From: Eledone cirrhosa
Taxonomy: Eukaryota
Reading direction: 5' to 3'
DNA: 64,000 nucleotides
Assembly: GCA_964016885.1 (NCBI GenBank)
Contig: OZ024743.1
Location: forward strand, 167,586,001 to 167,650,000
Part shown: one piece after another, positions 1-16,812 of the stretch
Position numbering within the stretch: the first letter of the stretch is position 1
Layout of the letters: each line of letters begins with the position of its first letter
Position numbers and translations under genes: made by a program
The notes under the pieces: generated by a model
What the model was told of the DNA's origin: nothing
Databases searched by the model: none
Seen by the model: the letters and a program-made list of their open reading frames with translations, nothing else

Positions 1-450
1 AAAAGAGAAGGGGAGGTTGTTTGGGTGACTCCCTTGGTGGTTTGAATGGTCTCTATTGTTGTTTCTTTTGCTGTTGCTGCTGTTGGTGCTTGTGTTGTTT
101 TTTGTCCCGGCATCGGTGTTGGCAGCAATGGAGATTTTTGACCCCTTACATTTTTGAGTTGAAGGCAGAAGGCTCTTAAGCCTCCACAGACGAAACAATA
201 CGGCCTTTTGCCCCCAGTCATTATGTGTAGGACCATCCCGTTTTGGAGGCGGATATGGTCCGGGAATTTTATATCTTCCGGCCTGATCTGAAGAAGTATC
301 TCCTGGTCAACCCCGGACCAGTCCTCCCTGGCTGTCTTCATTACCTCGACCGGGACAGTATCTGTCCTCTCAACGATCACGCATTCCAGGAGCCTCCACA
401 TGTCTAGGCCTGGGGAAATCCCATGAATGCAGACTCTCACTGATCTTTGC
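1..450 (-). pseudogene. Non-LTR retrotransposon ORF1-like (gag-like, Zn-knuckle) fragment running off the window edge
   Basis: The minus frame reads VRVCIHGISPG...FPDHIRLQNGMVLHIMTGGKRPYCFVCGGLRAFC followed by a P/T/Q-rich tail. This resembles L1/Tx1 ORF1 with a CCHC knuckle that has lost the GH segment. Confidence 0.5.
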
Positions 451-689
451 AGCAAACATTATCCTAGAACTTTTATTCGGGAAACTTCGACTACCCATTT
501 ATCGTAGGTTTAAACCAGAACATGGAGGCAATACTGCAAACCCAACAGTTCAAGGAGAGGAGTTGACTATACCCACTATTCTGGGTAGTCCCACACAACA
601 AATTGTTGTGTAAATTTCTAAAAGTTCATATCAATGTTGAGTATTGCAGCTCTGTCAAAGCAATACTATATGTCACAATATCATGGAAA

Positions 690-1680
690 ACATTCAAAAT
701 GAGAGGGGAGGAATTTTCTTTATCGATGCTGGCACAGGTAAGACATTCCCCATAAACCTCCTGCTTGTAAAAGTTCGCCAAAAGCAACATATTGCCTTTG
801 CTGCGGCTTCAAGTGACATTTCAACAATTGAATCTTTGGACTGGACAATAAGGATCTGAGAGAAAATACTTGCATGATGGGAGGAGTGACAATGGTTCTT
901 GCTGGTGATTTCAGACAAATTCAGCCTGTAATTCCCTGTGGGACCCGAGCTGATAAGGTCAATGTCTGTCTGAAAACATCCTGTCTCTGGCCCCACTTTC
1001 AACAGCTGAGCCTTACAACCAACATGCAAGTGCACTTGACTGGTGATGAAGATGTCAGTGAGTGTGTCATCCAACTACTTAAATGGGAAATAAGCTTCAA
1101 GATTCAGTATCAGATTGTGTGGAAGAATTCCTGCTAGTGGATAGTTTACAACCTGGTCTTGGGAAGTGATTGGGTCAACTGATTTGTTGAAAAGGACTCC
1201 AATGACCAGATTCAGTTGTCATTTGCCCATATCATTGAAACAGAACAAGAACTGATTGCCTGAGTGTTTCCAAACATTCAGATCAGACAATGTGATCCCA
1301 AATATCTCAGGGATCGAGCAATCTGAGCACCGAAAAGTGTTAATGTGAAAGAAATCAACAGGAAGCTGCTGGACATGTTACCGGGAGAGGAAAGATGCTA
1401 CAAATCAGTTGACCCAATCACTTCCCAAGACCAGGTTGTAAACTATCCACTAGCAGGAATTCTTCCACACAACCTGATACTGAATCTTGAAGCATCGGTT
1501 ATGCTACTTCATAATCTGGATCCTCCAAAGCTTTGCAATGCCACAAGACTCATCATCAAAAATATGATGCCCAATATCCTAGAAGTCACAATCATGCCAG
1601 GAAAGTTTGCTGGTGACAATTGTTTTATTGCCAGAATACCTCTGAAGCCAACTGATTTGCCATTTGAATTTCGAAGGAGC
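690..1680 (+). pseudogene. Helitron RepHel PIF1-type helicase fragment (frameshifted, internally deleted)
   Basis: Motifs FFIDAGTGKTF (Walker A), GGVTMVLAGDFRQIQPV...LTTNMQVH and PHNLIL...VMLLHNLDPPKLCNATRL...RIPLKPTDLPFEFRR are spread over several frames. Confidence 0.9.
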
Positions 1681-2278
1681 GCGCACACACACACACTTGT
1701 GTGTGTTTGTATGTATGTATGTCATGAGAGCCACTATAATTGTTGGTATACCTAATAGAAATAGAAAACAAATCTCCCTCAAACACGATCCTACTGTCAG
1801 AGGCAGTGAAAGCTACAGTTTAAAAATGTTAAACGTACTTTCCTGAATTACAAAAATGAGTAAGTAAATGTTTCATTCATTTATAAACCAATACTAAATT
1901 TATTTTCTATTTTATTTTATTTATGGTTTTCAAAATAGCCTTCACGTGTTGTTTGAATTTCAGAGGTTCTGATTGTACGAAAAACAAAAGATAAATAAAA
2001 CAAATCTAAATGTATTTTTGGTCATGCCCTTTTCACTGACAACATATCTAATTATTTATCTAGGTGGGAAGCATTATATGGCTGTAATAGGAAGCAGTAT
2101 TATCAAAAAACAACAACTGAACAAAACTAATAACATTTTTATCTAGATGATTTGCTTTGAACAACTGACAATAAATATTCTGCTATAATTTTTACTTTAG
2201 TTAAAATACAGCAATCATATTTCATTGGCAAAAAATTTTGTAATATGTACCGAACTATATTGTTACTTTCATAAAATA

Positions 2279-2306
2279 CCTGGGCATTGCCGAGTACCTC
2301 TGCTAG
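2279..2306 (+). mobile_element. Helitron 3' terminus (degenerate GC hairpin + CTAG|T)
   Basis: The sequence cctgggcattgccgagtacctctgCTAG|T lies downstream of, and on the same strand as, the helicase remnant. Confidence 0.7.
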
Positions 2307-2718
2307 TAATATATAAAAATAAAGTCTTCAAAGACATGTTGACTTGTATCAACAATATATAATACGCTTGTGTATTTGTCCGTCACAAGAGATGACTGAG
2401 GAAGGAAGGTGATGGCAAACTGAAGAAGGAAGTGGTGATAATGTAGACCGAGGAAGGAAAAGGTAATAACGTCGACTGAGGAAGGAAAAAGTGATAACGT
2501 CGACTTAGGGTGGCAGCGTCCAATATTCGCTACATCTCTGTCTATATGTATAGAGAATTGGCTACACACATTGGTTGTTATGATTATATGTGTGTTTGTG
2601 TGTGTACATATGTATGTTTGTTAAAATTATATTTATATATAATATTTGTGTGAATATATATGTTTGTGTGTGTTTATTTAGAAACATACATAGACCATAG
2701 AATTACAAACACACTCGA

Positions 2719-2805
<87 letters not shown>

Positions 2806-3420
2806 AACAGACACACTTAAAAAAAGTAATGATTATATACACACACATCTATGTGATGACTGAGGAAGGAGGGGAAGGAGCGAGAACTACAGGGGTCCAG
2901 CATTCTAAGATTCGTCACAGCTGTGTGTGGTGTGTGTATGTGTATCGATTTAGCTACACACATTGACTGTGTGTTTGTATATTTGTATCACTTGTCTGAG
3001 TACTCCTACATAAGGGCCACATCGACTACGTTTAAGGGCCGCTAGTATAACCAAAAAAAGCTCCTTCAAACACAGGCCCAAACGATCCCAAACAAGACTG
3101 GCGGACTTGATCTGGAACCCCAAGCACAAGAACATGGAATACCAGATCAAGTGGTCAGTTAAAAGACGTGTGGCCCAACTCCCCAACGACAAAAATCACT
3201 GCAGATTATGCCTGGCCGAAGCGGCTGAGATCATTAAATTGAAATCGGCCATGAACTCAAGATCTGACATAATTATAAACTGCAGACACACCAGAATGAC
3301 CTCCTTCTCTGCACAAACATTCGGCCGAGGGCCAACCTCTAACCCTGACCCAACATAGGGATAACCACCTTTGCGTTGTCACACCGTCCCTCATCTCAAT
3401 ACATTTGTCTTCTATAACAT

Positions 3421-3760
3421 GTAATCCATGGTAAGATCAGATCTTGTAAATACCATGTCGCACCCTTCACCCCCCCACCACCAACAACAAACACATCGCC
3501 ACACATCCCTCATCTTAATACCATTGTGTTCTATGTGTCTTCTCTGTCAGGTTTTAACTTGTAACCCATCGTAAAATCCGATCCTGTAAATATGATGTCG
3601 AACAAATCACCTCCACCACCAAACACATCGCCATACGTCCACCACCCCTCAGTCCAGTACCCAGTGTTCCCTATGTCACTTTTTAACCTGTAATCCATCG
3701 TAAAATTCGACCCTGCAAATATCATGTCGCAACCACCAGATACATCGCCATACTTACACA
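3421..3760. repeat. Three degenerate ~135-bp tandem units inside the PLE 3'UTR
   Basis: gtaa(t/c)ccat(g/c)gtaa...gatc(c/t)tgtaaata...atgtcg recurs at 3421, 3561 and 3690. Confidence 0.7.
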
Positions 3761-4282
3761 ACCATCAACACTACCAACACATATCATCCCTCCTTAAACA
3801 ACGCATGTGTGTGTTCTGTGTGTAAGTATATTTCTATAAACGCCATCTACACTAGCTCTCCCTATCTCTCTCTCTCTATATATATACACATGTGTATCTA
3901 TACAACGTATTTATCAGACTCAGTGTGTCTATGTATGTATCTCCTTATGGAAATGAAACCACGAACACAATCATCACACCACCATAAACACTGCAACCTT
4001 TCATCTTTGTCACAAACAACAACACCACACCCACACCACACACAAAAATCAGCCATATCTACATGCCAAACTGTCTATCGACAGCCAACACTCCCACTCC
4101 ACCGCCCACTTCAGCATACGACCGTCACCACCAAATTTTCACCAGACCCACCCCCACATAGACTACAGGCAAAAACATCCCTATGAATTAATCCACCAAT
4201 CAAAACAAACTTTAATGACTACCATTGGAACTTCTGACTTTATAATACAGCATGTATTCATTCTTCCATTAACATTACAAGG

Positions 4283-4367
4283 GGTCTGATGAGCCGCGGG
4301 TAACAGAGTCAGTTCAGATCGATACAGATCGAACCTTGAACCGATCAGTGGCGAAATGCGCATCACC
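4283..4367 (+). ncRNA. Type I hammerhead ribozyme
   Basis: GGT-CTGATGA-GCCGC...GTGGC-GAAA-TGCGCA(palindromic stem III)-TC-ACC. Confidence 0.8.
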
Positions 4368-4420
4368 AACCAATAAACCTGATGAAGGAGTAACCAATCG
4401 TCCTTGTTATCTTATTTCAC

Positions 4421-4649
<229 letters not shown>

Positions 4650-4655
4650 AAGTAA

Positions 4656-4757
4656 GTCCTTCATCAGTGGCCTTCCAAACGTCCTAGGCATTTCATCACT
4701 TTAAAGGCCATATAACTCAGGTTGGTGCGAACAACGACTAAAAAAAGTAGTTGGGAC
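4656..4757 (-). ncRNA. Permuted/pseudoknotted hammerhead-like motif, subfamily A (inverted copy)
   Basis: gtcc caactact..agtcgttg t tcgc a ccaac ctga gtta TA tggcctt taaa gtga t GAAA tgcc tag ga cg tttgg aaggcca CTGATGA a ggac. Confidence 0.7.
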
Positions 4758-5254
4758 ACCGCAGCTCCATTATTATCATATTTACACATATATTTTTTCC
4801 TCTGCTGCCACCCGTCTGTTTCGTTCTTTGTATCTTTACCCTTTCTAGCAGTCTCTCTCTCTCTGTTAGCCTCTTCCTCAACTTTCACTCACTCATTTTC
4901 TGTCACTACGTCTCCTCCTCCTCCTCTTTCTTCCCGTTTGACCTGTCCCAATTCTTTTCTCGCGCGCTCTTGGCCAAGCCGGTATGATTTTTTTTCTCTC
5001 TCTCTCTCTCTCGTCTGCGACTTCAGAGAACTTATGTTTACCGAATTCGCAGACCAGACCCCTTCTTCCTCCCGTTAGACCTGTGCGAAATTCCTTCCTT
5101 GCTCACATTTCAACCAGGTTTGATGGTCTTTAGTCTCTCGTTCACGATTTCACCGAGTTTATATTCATAGAAATCTGGGACTTGTCTCTTTCTTCTCACT
5201 TTCAGTTGCTTAAACCATTTTGTTTGTTCACCCCAGCGTCCCCTTTATTTACGT

Positions 5255-5356
5255 GTCCCAACGACTTTTTTTAGCCGTTGTTCGCACCAACCTGATGTAT
5301 ATGGCCTTTAAAGTGATGAAATGCCTAGGGCGGTTGGAAGGCCACTGACGAAGGAC
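5255..5356 (+). ncRNA. Permuted/pseudoknotted hammerhead-like motif, subfamily A
   Basis: gtcc caacgact..agccgttg t tcgc a ccaac ctga tgta TA tggcctt taaa gtga t GAAA tgcc tag gg cg gttgg aaggcca CTGACGA a ggac. Confidence 0.7.
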
Positions 5357-5403
5357 TTACTTTTTCATATGTAACCCATTTGCAACGCCGCAGCTCCATT
5401 ATT

Positions 5404-5450
<47 letters not shown>

Positions 5451-5541
5451 CGAAGGAAATGTGGTAAGGAACCAGGTGGACCATAACGCACCAAAGTACT
5501 CAATACTTAGGGTAGTAGAGTGGGTAATAGGAACCAGTAAA

Positions 5542-5635
5542 ACCCCGACGGCTGAGCTCAAGCCGTTTCGACGGCTAATTCTGGACTAAATGAAAATTTA
5601 TCCTGGTATTTAAATAGCCGAGCTTCTCAAGGGGT
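5542..5635 (-). ncRNA. Type I hammerhead, U3-A8 core variant
   Basis: ACCCC-TTGAGAA-G..CGGCTA...TAGCCG.C-GAAA-CGGCT tgagctc AGCCG-TC-GGGGT. Confidence 0.75.
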
Positions 5636-6748
5636 AATTCCATATATGGTCAAAGTGATTGTCAAAAGTCAGTAGTAATTCAGTGATTGCAAATTAGTAG
5701 GGGAGATGGTGGCTAAACCTGCCAGTAGGAGAAAGAGGGGAGGGGGTGGAGTAGACCCAATCATGCGTTGGTAGTGCCAGCTACAGCTGGGCATGAGGTA
5801 AAAGAAGATACTGGGGAGGGGGAGGGGGGAGGAAGTCGGAACGGTAGGTAGAACAATGAGGGGTAAAAATATATATGAAAGAAAAAATACTGAGAGTGAT
5901 GAAAAGCGAATAAGTGTAAAGAAAAAAGTAAAGCAAGTTCTACGACCTAAGTCTCTAGCTATTGTTAGGCTAGATAAATAAATAAATAAATAAATAAATA
6001 AAGAAATAAAGAAATAAATAAAGAAATAACGAAATAAGTAAATAAACTAGGTGGGACGGAATAGGCAAGGACCCTTTTAAGAGGTATAAGTACGTAAATC
6101 ATACGGTGACGGGTCAACAAATGGGGCCAAAATACTAAAGAAACTACCACGAAATAAATAATAAAGGTTTCTATTCCGGGCACAATGCCAGCAACCACCC
6201 AGTGCAGCAAAATAAACTAGTACGAGATAATAATTCTGAGTCCCGAAAAAAAATATACTAATGCTAACTCTAAAAGATCTTATACAAGCTACATGAAAGT
6301 TCGTACGAAGTAAAGGTAGAATACGGAAAAATAAATTCAAAATCCACCCCGCCCAAAAGAAAAGTAAAGAAAGAAATACTGAAACGAGAAAATAAGGCAT
6401 AAGTGCCACTAAGAAATATAGAAGGCACGGAAAATAGTGGGGGCGGTCGGAAAAAGGTGGCAAGTATCCGAGGTCTAATACAACTGCTATAAAAAGCGGA
6501 GTCCGCCAAATCTATCATAGACTAGGGGAGGGGGTGGGGTACTGAGGCTACAAGGGACCAAAGGGCAGCCTCGGGTGGGGTGGGCGAGAAAAGACGCCGA
6601 CAAAGAAGAAGAACTGGGGTAGAAGGACTAAGGAGGGATGGGGGGAAGAAGGAAATAAAGGAAGCGATAAAAGAATAAAAAGATCTTACGTCTCCCTTGG
6701 CAAGCAGGGGTTACCCATTGCAAAATCGGCAAGTGGGGTGTTATAGCC

Positions 6749-8269
6749 CTAGTCTACCCCCCCCGGGTCATTATGGGGTTTGAGGGCGAGGTAAGTCCTA
6801 CGCAATCTATGTTTACATGCAGTAACCAGTTCATCTTTCTTGTTTAGGAGTTGGTCCGTCGAAAACAGCATTTGTAAAGTTTCCTCCGAGCATAAATTGC
6901 ACGGACGGTGTCCTCCCGTGTAAGAATTGGCTCTGGACAGTAATCTCCAAGTGAGATCATAGGTGATGTTGTTGTCCTTGAGGTCCCATATGTGGCCCGA
7001 AAGTGTAGTGGCGTGACGCCGGGCCGGGTTTCGGAAGGTATGTCTATGTTGGTATAGCCGGGTCTTGAAGTCACATGCGGTTAGTCCTATATAAGCTTTG
7101 TTGGAGGTATCCGTCCTCACGTTGCACTGGTAGATCACATTACGGTCTCTGCATCTATTGTCGAGTGGGCAAATGGATCTATCCGGACAGTTACACCTCC
7201 TGGTCGGCTCTCCACTGCTATTTAGGTTATTTCTGCCATCGGGGTTGAGTTTTTTGTTGTTAGAGGAGACGATGTTTTGTGCGAAGTTTGGTGTAGTGCT
7301 GTAAGAGAGTTTGATGGTATTTTTGTTAATTATGTTGTGGTAGCGGTGTTGTAGTCGGAAGTGTTTTTCAATGAGCCTAAAGAATAGTTTCCCGATCGGA
7401 GTTGTCACCTCTGCGTTGTGGGGAGGATTGAACCATGTTATATTGCGTGAGCGGCGGTGTCTCCTGCTGGTTCCGCTAATGGGAGCTGGACAGTAGGATA
7501 TTTCCTCCCGGAAACCACTCCGCTTGAGGGCCTGGTTGTAATAAGGCGCATGTTCATCGAATATCCGCTCATTAGCTGACAAACGGGATATGCGGAGGGA
7601 GATGTTTTTGACCAGGTTGTTGGTGATGTTCCTAGGATGGTTTGATCGGCGGTGGATGTAGTGCAGCTTGTCATTAGGTTTCCTGTATGGGTAGTCCAGG
7701 TCGTTTTCGAGGTCGAGGGTCACGTCCAGGAAGTTTACTCGGGTCAGGGACGTTTGTAGGGTTATTTTAAATCCCCAGTCGCGGAAGAAGCTGATTAATT
7801 GTTTCCGGACCCGATCTGTACTACTGGGGTTGTACCCTTTAAGGGTAAGGAGCCCATCATCACGGTACAATCCACCACCGAATGCAGGAAACATATCAGT
7901 GAGTTTGGCTATTAGGAATAATCCTATAAGATCTGTGACCTCCGCCGAATCCGTGGCGCCCATGCTGACGTCGAAGGGTGAGTCGGGAGCTCTTTTTATC
8001 CATTTAGAGTCGTCAAAGAGTAAGACTGTCTTCCTGGCGTGGAGGATGATTTTTCTTTCCTGGTCGGTGATGGGCACTAGTGTTTCGGCGAAGTCCAAGG
8101 CGGCAGTAAGTTGCGGTAAGGTGATTGAAGCATAGTAGCTCTCTATGTTGAACTGTATGAATTTAGTGTCTCGTTTATCCTCCATATTGCTGAACCATGA
8201 GATTACTTCCTGGGTGTTGATCCATAGGCTAAGTCGGGCGTGTTGCTTGACTTTTGGTATCACGCGGTC
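6749..8269 (-). CDS. PLE reverse transcriptase + C-terminal GIY-YIG endonuclease (5'-truncated, uninterrupted frame)
   Basis: Motifs FNIESYYASI, SMGATDSAEVTDLIG, GGLYRDD, VNFLDVTLDL, CNCPDRSICPL, VIYQC...AYIG and CNLC...CKH. The first ~8 aa of the ORF-track call come from the inverted pLTR. Confidence 0.9.
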   Translation of the reverse strand, partial: DRVIPKVKQHARLSLWINTQEVISWFSNMEDKRDTKFIQFNIESYYASITLPQLTAALDFAETLVPITDQERKIILHARKTVLLFDDSKWIKRAPDSPFDVSMGATDSAEVTDLIGLFLIAKLTDMFPAFGGGLYRDDGLLTLKGYNPSSTDRVRKQLISFFRDWGFKITLQTSLTRVNFLDVTLDLENDLDYPYRKPNDKLHYIHRRSNHPRNITNNLVKNISLRISRLSANERIFDEHAPYYNQALKRSGFREEISYCPAPISGTSRRHRRSRNITWFNPPHNAEVTTPIGKLFFRLIEKHFRLQHRYHNIINKNTIKLSYSTTPNFAQNIVSSNNKKLNPDGRNNLNSSGEPTRRCNCPDRSICPLDNRCRDRNVIYQCNVRTDTSNKAYIGLTACDFKTRLYQHRHTFRNPARRHATTLSGHIWDLKDNNITYDLTWRLLSRANSYTGGHRPCNLCSEETLQMLFSTDQLLNKKDELVTACKHRLRRTYLALKPHNDPGGVD

Positions 8270-8303
8270 ACTTTTGACAATCACTTTGACCATATATGGA
8301 ATT

Positions 8304-8397
8304 ACCCCTTGAGAATCTCGGCTATTTAAATACCAGGATAAATTTTCATTTAGTCCAGAATTAGCCGTCGAAACGGCTTGAGCTCAGCCGTCGGGGT
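8304..8397 (+). ncRNA. Type I hammerhead, U3-A8 core variant (inverted pLTR copy)
   Basis: Same motif as 5542-5635, with G to T at the stem II closing base. Confidence 0.7.
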
Positions 8398-8409
8398 CTT
8401 TCTTACTGG

Positions 8410-8500
<91 letters not shown>

Positions 8501-8506
<6 letters not shown>

Positions 8507-10445
8507 ATACTTGGGGAGGGTCATATTTGTGTAATATTGCCAGAATTAATAACAGAACACACCCACTGTTTGGTTGGTTTTCGCTTTTCGCTTCTGTATC
8601 TTTTATATCGGTAATCTAATTTATTCGGTCCTCAATGTTGCCATTGACTGACCAACGGTAAAAAATAATACAGATACAATATAGACACAAACACATATAT
8701 ATAGTTTATCAAAGTTCTTTCGTTGCACATCTGCAACAACGTCAGTGGTGCTATTGTTTCCTCCCGTTGCATAGTATTTTCTACGCCATCTTTATTTAGT
8801 CTGTTTATATATTTATTTATTAGTTTATTTTATTTTGTCTTCTTTGGGCATGCATTTGCGTGTGTGTATAGTGTTTTGTTTGCGTGTGTGTATAGCGTTT
8901 TGTTATGCTATAGACTACGTTTCTAGTTTTACAGTTTATCCGGGGGTTTACCTTACATATGATACATTTCCTATTAGTACAGTGGGTTTTCTTAAAAGGG
9001 TAGGTTTTGCTGATCAGGGATTTTATGGTGGTTCCTGGCTTTTCTACCACCTTTATTTTTAAGTGGGTCTTTCTCAGGGCCTTTCTACACTGGTTATCTA
9101 ATTTCCCTCCAGGGGTAGCGTCCACAAACATGACACTCTGGTATCTATGGTTGTCGTACCATGAGGTGGCTTTCCCTATCTTATGTCTAGCCCTATCTAA
9201 GCTATTCCATGATTTGCTCCTGTATAATGGGCAAATTCCTTTCCTGTCCAGTTCTATGAGGGTCTTATACTCCTCCATGGCTCCTTCGTATACTCTGACC
9301 CTGTCTCTTTGGTTGTAGCCAGAGAACTGCATGCGGTTGATGAAGTGTTGGATGTGTCTTTCCATTTCTGTTGGGTCGCACATGCGGGACACATTCTTCA
9401 TCACTCGTACCAAATCTGCGATCAGAATATTAAACTTAGCACTACTGGACATTGCTGAGTTTTTGAGTATCAGGTATTTGGAGGCCACGGGTTTAGCATA
9501 ATGTGAGTGGAGAATTTGGGCTCTCTCGTCTATAGTGTAATCCAGATTTCCGTGTCTAATACAGGTAGTCTATTGTTAGGGTGTTTGGAAGGGTAGTCGA
9601 TAGTTACAGTTATACTCTGGTGTATGGAATTAGCTATCTGCTGGATGCTTTCCATTGTGCTACGTTCTAAATCAAACTTATTAGTGCTCTCTAGTGGGGA
9701 TGTTCTTATAACTATATTGATATCGTCTACGTAACGAGAGTACATGATGAGGTCTATGGAGCTCTCATTAAGGGGATCTTTAAGTCTCCTTTCCCACCAT
9801 ACCATAAAAAGGTTGGCAACATCACCAACTATGCTGCCGCCAATGGCTGCTCCCTCATTTTGGGTGTAGATCTTCTCGTTGAACTTGAATATGTGGCCCT
9901 TTAGGGTAGTTTTGATACTAGCGCCTATTGCATGTTCGACCATTTTTCTTACCTGATCATTTTTTTGGGGGGTCCGTATAGCTTTGGTCCACCCAATCCA
10001 CCTTCCTATGGGAGTCTTTTTAGCCATTGAGCTTATGGTGGGGGTCTACCTCTTATGGGTATACTGGGGCAGAAACGTCTAAGGTCATGGCTGTCTAGGT
10101 AGTCAGTGTCGTAGGTAAGTCTAAGTAGGAGGCCCCATATGGGGAGCAAATATAGCTAGCAACTACAGGATCTCCTACTTCCTCTCAATGGTTATACGCC
10201 CCATAATCAAGATGCCCCCAGATGTATGTGACAGTACAGAGGACCTCCTCAGCAGAATCACTGAGTGCAACAAAAACAGGAACCTATCCAACTGCATAAT
10301 AGGCAGCATGGATGTGGTATCACTGTACCCATCCATTAACATTGATTTTGCTGTGGAAAAATGTGTGGAGATGATCATTGAGAGTCAGGTGGAGTTCTGC
10401 GACCTCGACACAGACGAACTGGGCCTCCTACTTAGACTTACCTAC
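8501..10445 (-). mobile_element. Decayed PLE of a different lineage (Nematis-like?) with 5' inversion
   Basis: Minus-strand ORFs carry GAAIGGSIVGDVANLFMVWW, YSRYVDD, LPVLDTEIW, MQFSGY and CTNRKCIIC...NVVY. The plus-strand piece 10140-10445 encodes upstream RT (IGSMDVVSLYPSI). 8501-8790 is a pLTR-like 3' end. Confidence 0.85.
8710..8750 (-). ncRNA. Degenerate minimal hammerhead-like core
   Basis: ca-CTGACGT-tGTTGC..GCAAC-GAAA-gaac-TT-tg. A better copy (CTGAAGA) is at 46994-47031 (+). Confidence 0.45.
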
Positions 10446-10586
10446 GCGTGTATATACACATACACATATATATATAAATATATACATAAATATATATATA
10501 TACACACACACGTACACATACATACCCATACGCACATATATACATACATACACACACACATACATATACACACACACACACACACG

Positions 10587-14640
<4,054 letters not shown>

Positions 14641-14673
14641 TATAATAACTTGTGTGTTACACCTCTATTCTTT

Positions 14674-14711
<38 letters not shown>

Positions 14712-14805
14712 GTAGGAGGTGAGTTTTATTGAAGCACAATAAAGCAATGCAAATATCGGATAAGTAGCACTCAACAGTTTAAAAGATGATTAAAAAAGTT
14801 CCATG

Positions 14806-14875
14806 TATTTTATTATCCACATTTCAAAAACAAAATCATCCAGGGACGATATTTGCGTTCTCATCAGATAAAATA
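14806..14875 (-). ncRNA. Type I hammerhead (mutated copy)
   Basis: Reverse complement of 16742-16812, with stem III changed to TGTGGA. Confidence 0.6.
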
Positions 14876-15160
14876 GGGAGACATGATATGAAGCTTAAAA
14901 AAAACACACTTGTGAGCAAGGTAGTGGCTAAACAACATATGATAAATAAATTTAAAAGGATATAGGAGATTGGAAAAAAGGAAAGGAAGGGGAGAAAAGT
15001 AAGGAAGAGGAAGAAAGGAAAAAAGAAAAAAGAAAAAAGAAAAAAGAAAAAAGAAAAAAGAAAAAAGAAAAAAGAAAAAAGAAAAAAGAAAAAAGAAAAA
15101 AGAAGGAAAGGATAACGGAGGAAGATTATAAGAAGGAGGAAGGAGAGAGACAGAGAGAGA

Positions 15161-15231
<71 letters not shown>

Positions 15232-15409
15232 CAGAGAGAGAGAGAGAGAAACATTTAAACTGAGAAACGCTGTCATCACAGAGAAATAACTGAAAAAACG
15301 GTTGTAAAATTTATAAATAAATAAAATAAATTAATAAGATTTTAAATTTAAAAGTTAATGAGGTTTATGGATGATGATGCTGATGATTACAGATATAGAA
15401 ATTAAGTAT

Positions 15410-15591
15410 TGTTTCTACGTTAGGCACAAGGCCAGCAAACACCAGTGTATTACTGGTACTTTATTTTATCGACCCGGTAAGGATGAAAGGCAAAGTTAAC
15501 CTCGGCGGGATTTGAACTCAGAATGGCAAGGGCCGTAACTCTATGCGTCAAAGCATGGCGTCCGACCCTCTACCAATACTGCCAATCCACC
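15410..15591 (-). mobile_element. tRNA-derived SINE (MetaSINE-like central domain) with 18-bp TSD
   Basis: The TSD gatatagaaattaagtat is at 15392 and 15592. There is a B-box-like gagttcaaatcc and a gcctttcatcc..ggtcgataaaataaagtaccag core. Confidence 0.9.
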
Positions 15592-16741
15592 GATATAGAA
15601 ATTAAGTATACTATTTATTTAGGGTTTAAATAGTGAAGGATTTATTAAGAAGTGCAAAAATTTATTAAAAAAGTATTAAGATAAAATAAAGTGAAATAAG
15701 ATAAGGTGAATGAAAATAAAATTAGATGATTTATAAGCTTAGAAGACGATATAGGGTCCTAGTTTGTTTCAATAGATTGTATACTTTCGCAAAGTATACA
15801 GCTAATATCTTACTCCATAATTAAGATTAAAATCTTTTTCTCACACAAATATTTTTTACACATATACCCCTTTTTCTACCATATTTCAGTGCATTCTACA
15901 AAAGTTCATTCATACTATAACATTTTTGATCCCCTAATTGTTTAATTTTTTAATTTCTTTTAATAATATTTTGTAATTTTTTAACCTTTTAATTCACTAT
16001 AGCAAATTCCTTTATCTTCTTGGCGATACAAAATTTTTCTTTTAAATAGTTCATCTTTATATCATTTTTTTCTCAACATTACTTTTTAGTAGCTATATTT
16101 CCCAATTTTTTTACTTCAAATCTATTAATATTAGCATTAGGTGAATTTTGTAAACAAATTTTTGACGTAATGTTTTTTTCTTCCTCGTATTTTTTCGTTT
16201 TTCTCTTTTTCCATGCTTATATTAACTTAAATAATTACTTTTTATATTACAATCTATTGAAACAAACTAAGACCCTATATCGTCTTCTATGCTTATAAAT
16301 CACTTAATTTTATTTTCAGTTACCTTATCTTATTTCACTTTATTTTATCTTAATAATACTTTTTTAATCAATTTTTGCACTTCTTAATATATCCTTCACT
16401 ATTTAAACCCTAAATAAATAGTATACTTAATTTCTATATCTGTAATCATAAGCATCATCATCCATAAACCTCATTAACTTTTAAATTTAAAATCTTATTA
16501 ATTTATTTAATTTATTTATAAATTTTACAACCGTTTTTTCAGTTATTTCTCTGTGTGAGACAGTGTTTCTCAGTTTAAATGTTTATCTCTCTCTCTTTCT
16601 CTCTCCTTCCTCCTTCTTCTAATCTTCCTCCGTTATCCTTTCCTTCTTTTTACTTTTTTCTTTTCTTCCTTTCTTCCTTACTTTTATCCCCTTCCTTTCC
16701 TTGCTCACAAGTGTTTTTTTAAGCTTCATATTATGTCTCCC

Positions 16742-16812
16742 TATTTTATCTGATGAGAACGCAAATATCGTCCCTGAATGATATTTGCTTTTGAAATGCG
16801 CATAATAAAATA
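16742..16812 (+). ncRNA. Type I hammerhead ribozyme
   Basis: TATTTTAT-CTGATGA-GAAcGCAAATATC..GATATTTGCtTTT-GAAA-TGCGCA-TA-ATAAAATA. Confidence 0.85.

Larger units (their letters stand above)
5449..8412 (-). mobile_element. 5'-truncated Hydra-like PLE with inverted 5' pLTR, inserted in (TA)n
   Basis: It carries an RT+GIY-YIG ORF and a ~1.3-kb 3'UTR. 8270-8412 is the reverse complement of ~5531-5669, and (TA)n lies on both sides. Confidence 0.92.

Noticed and set aside
8270-8293. ATG start MVKVIVKS of the 514-aa ORF
   Set aside because: It lies in the inverted pLTR and is a fortuitous fusion to a truncated RT.
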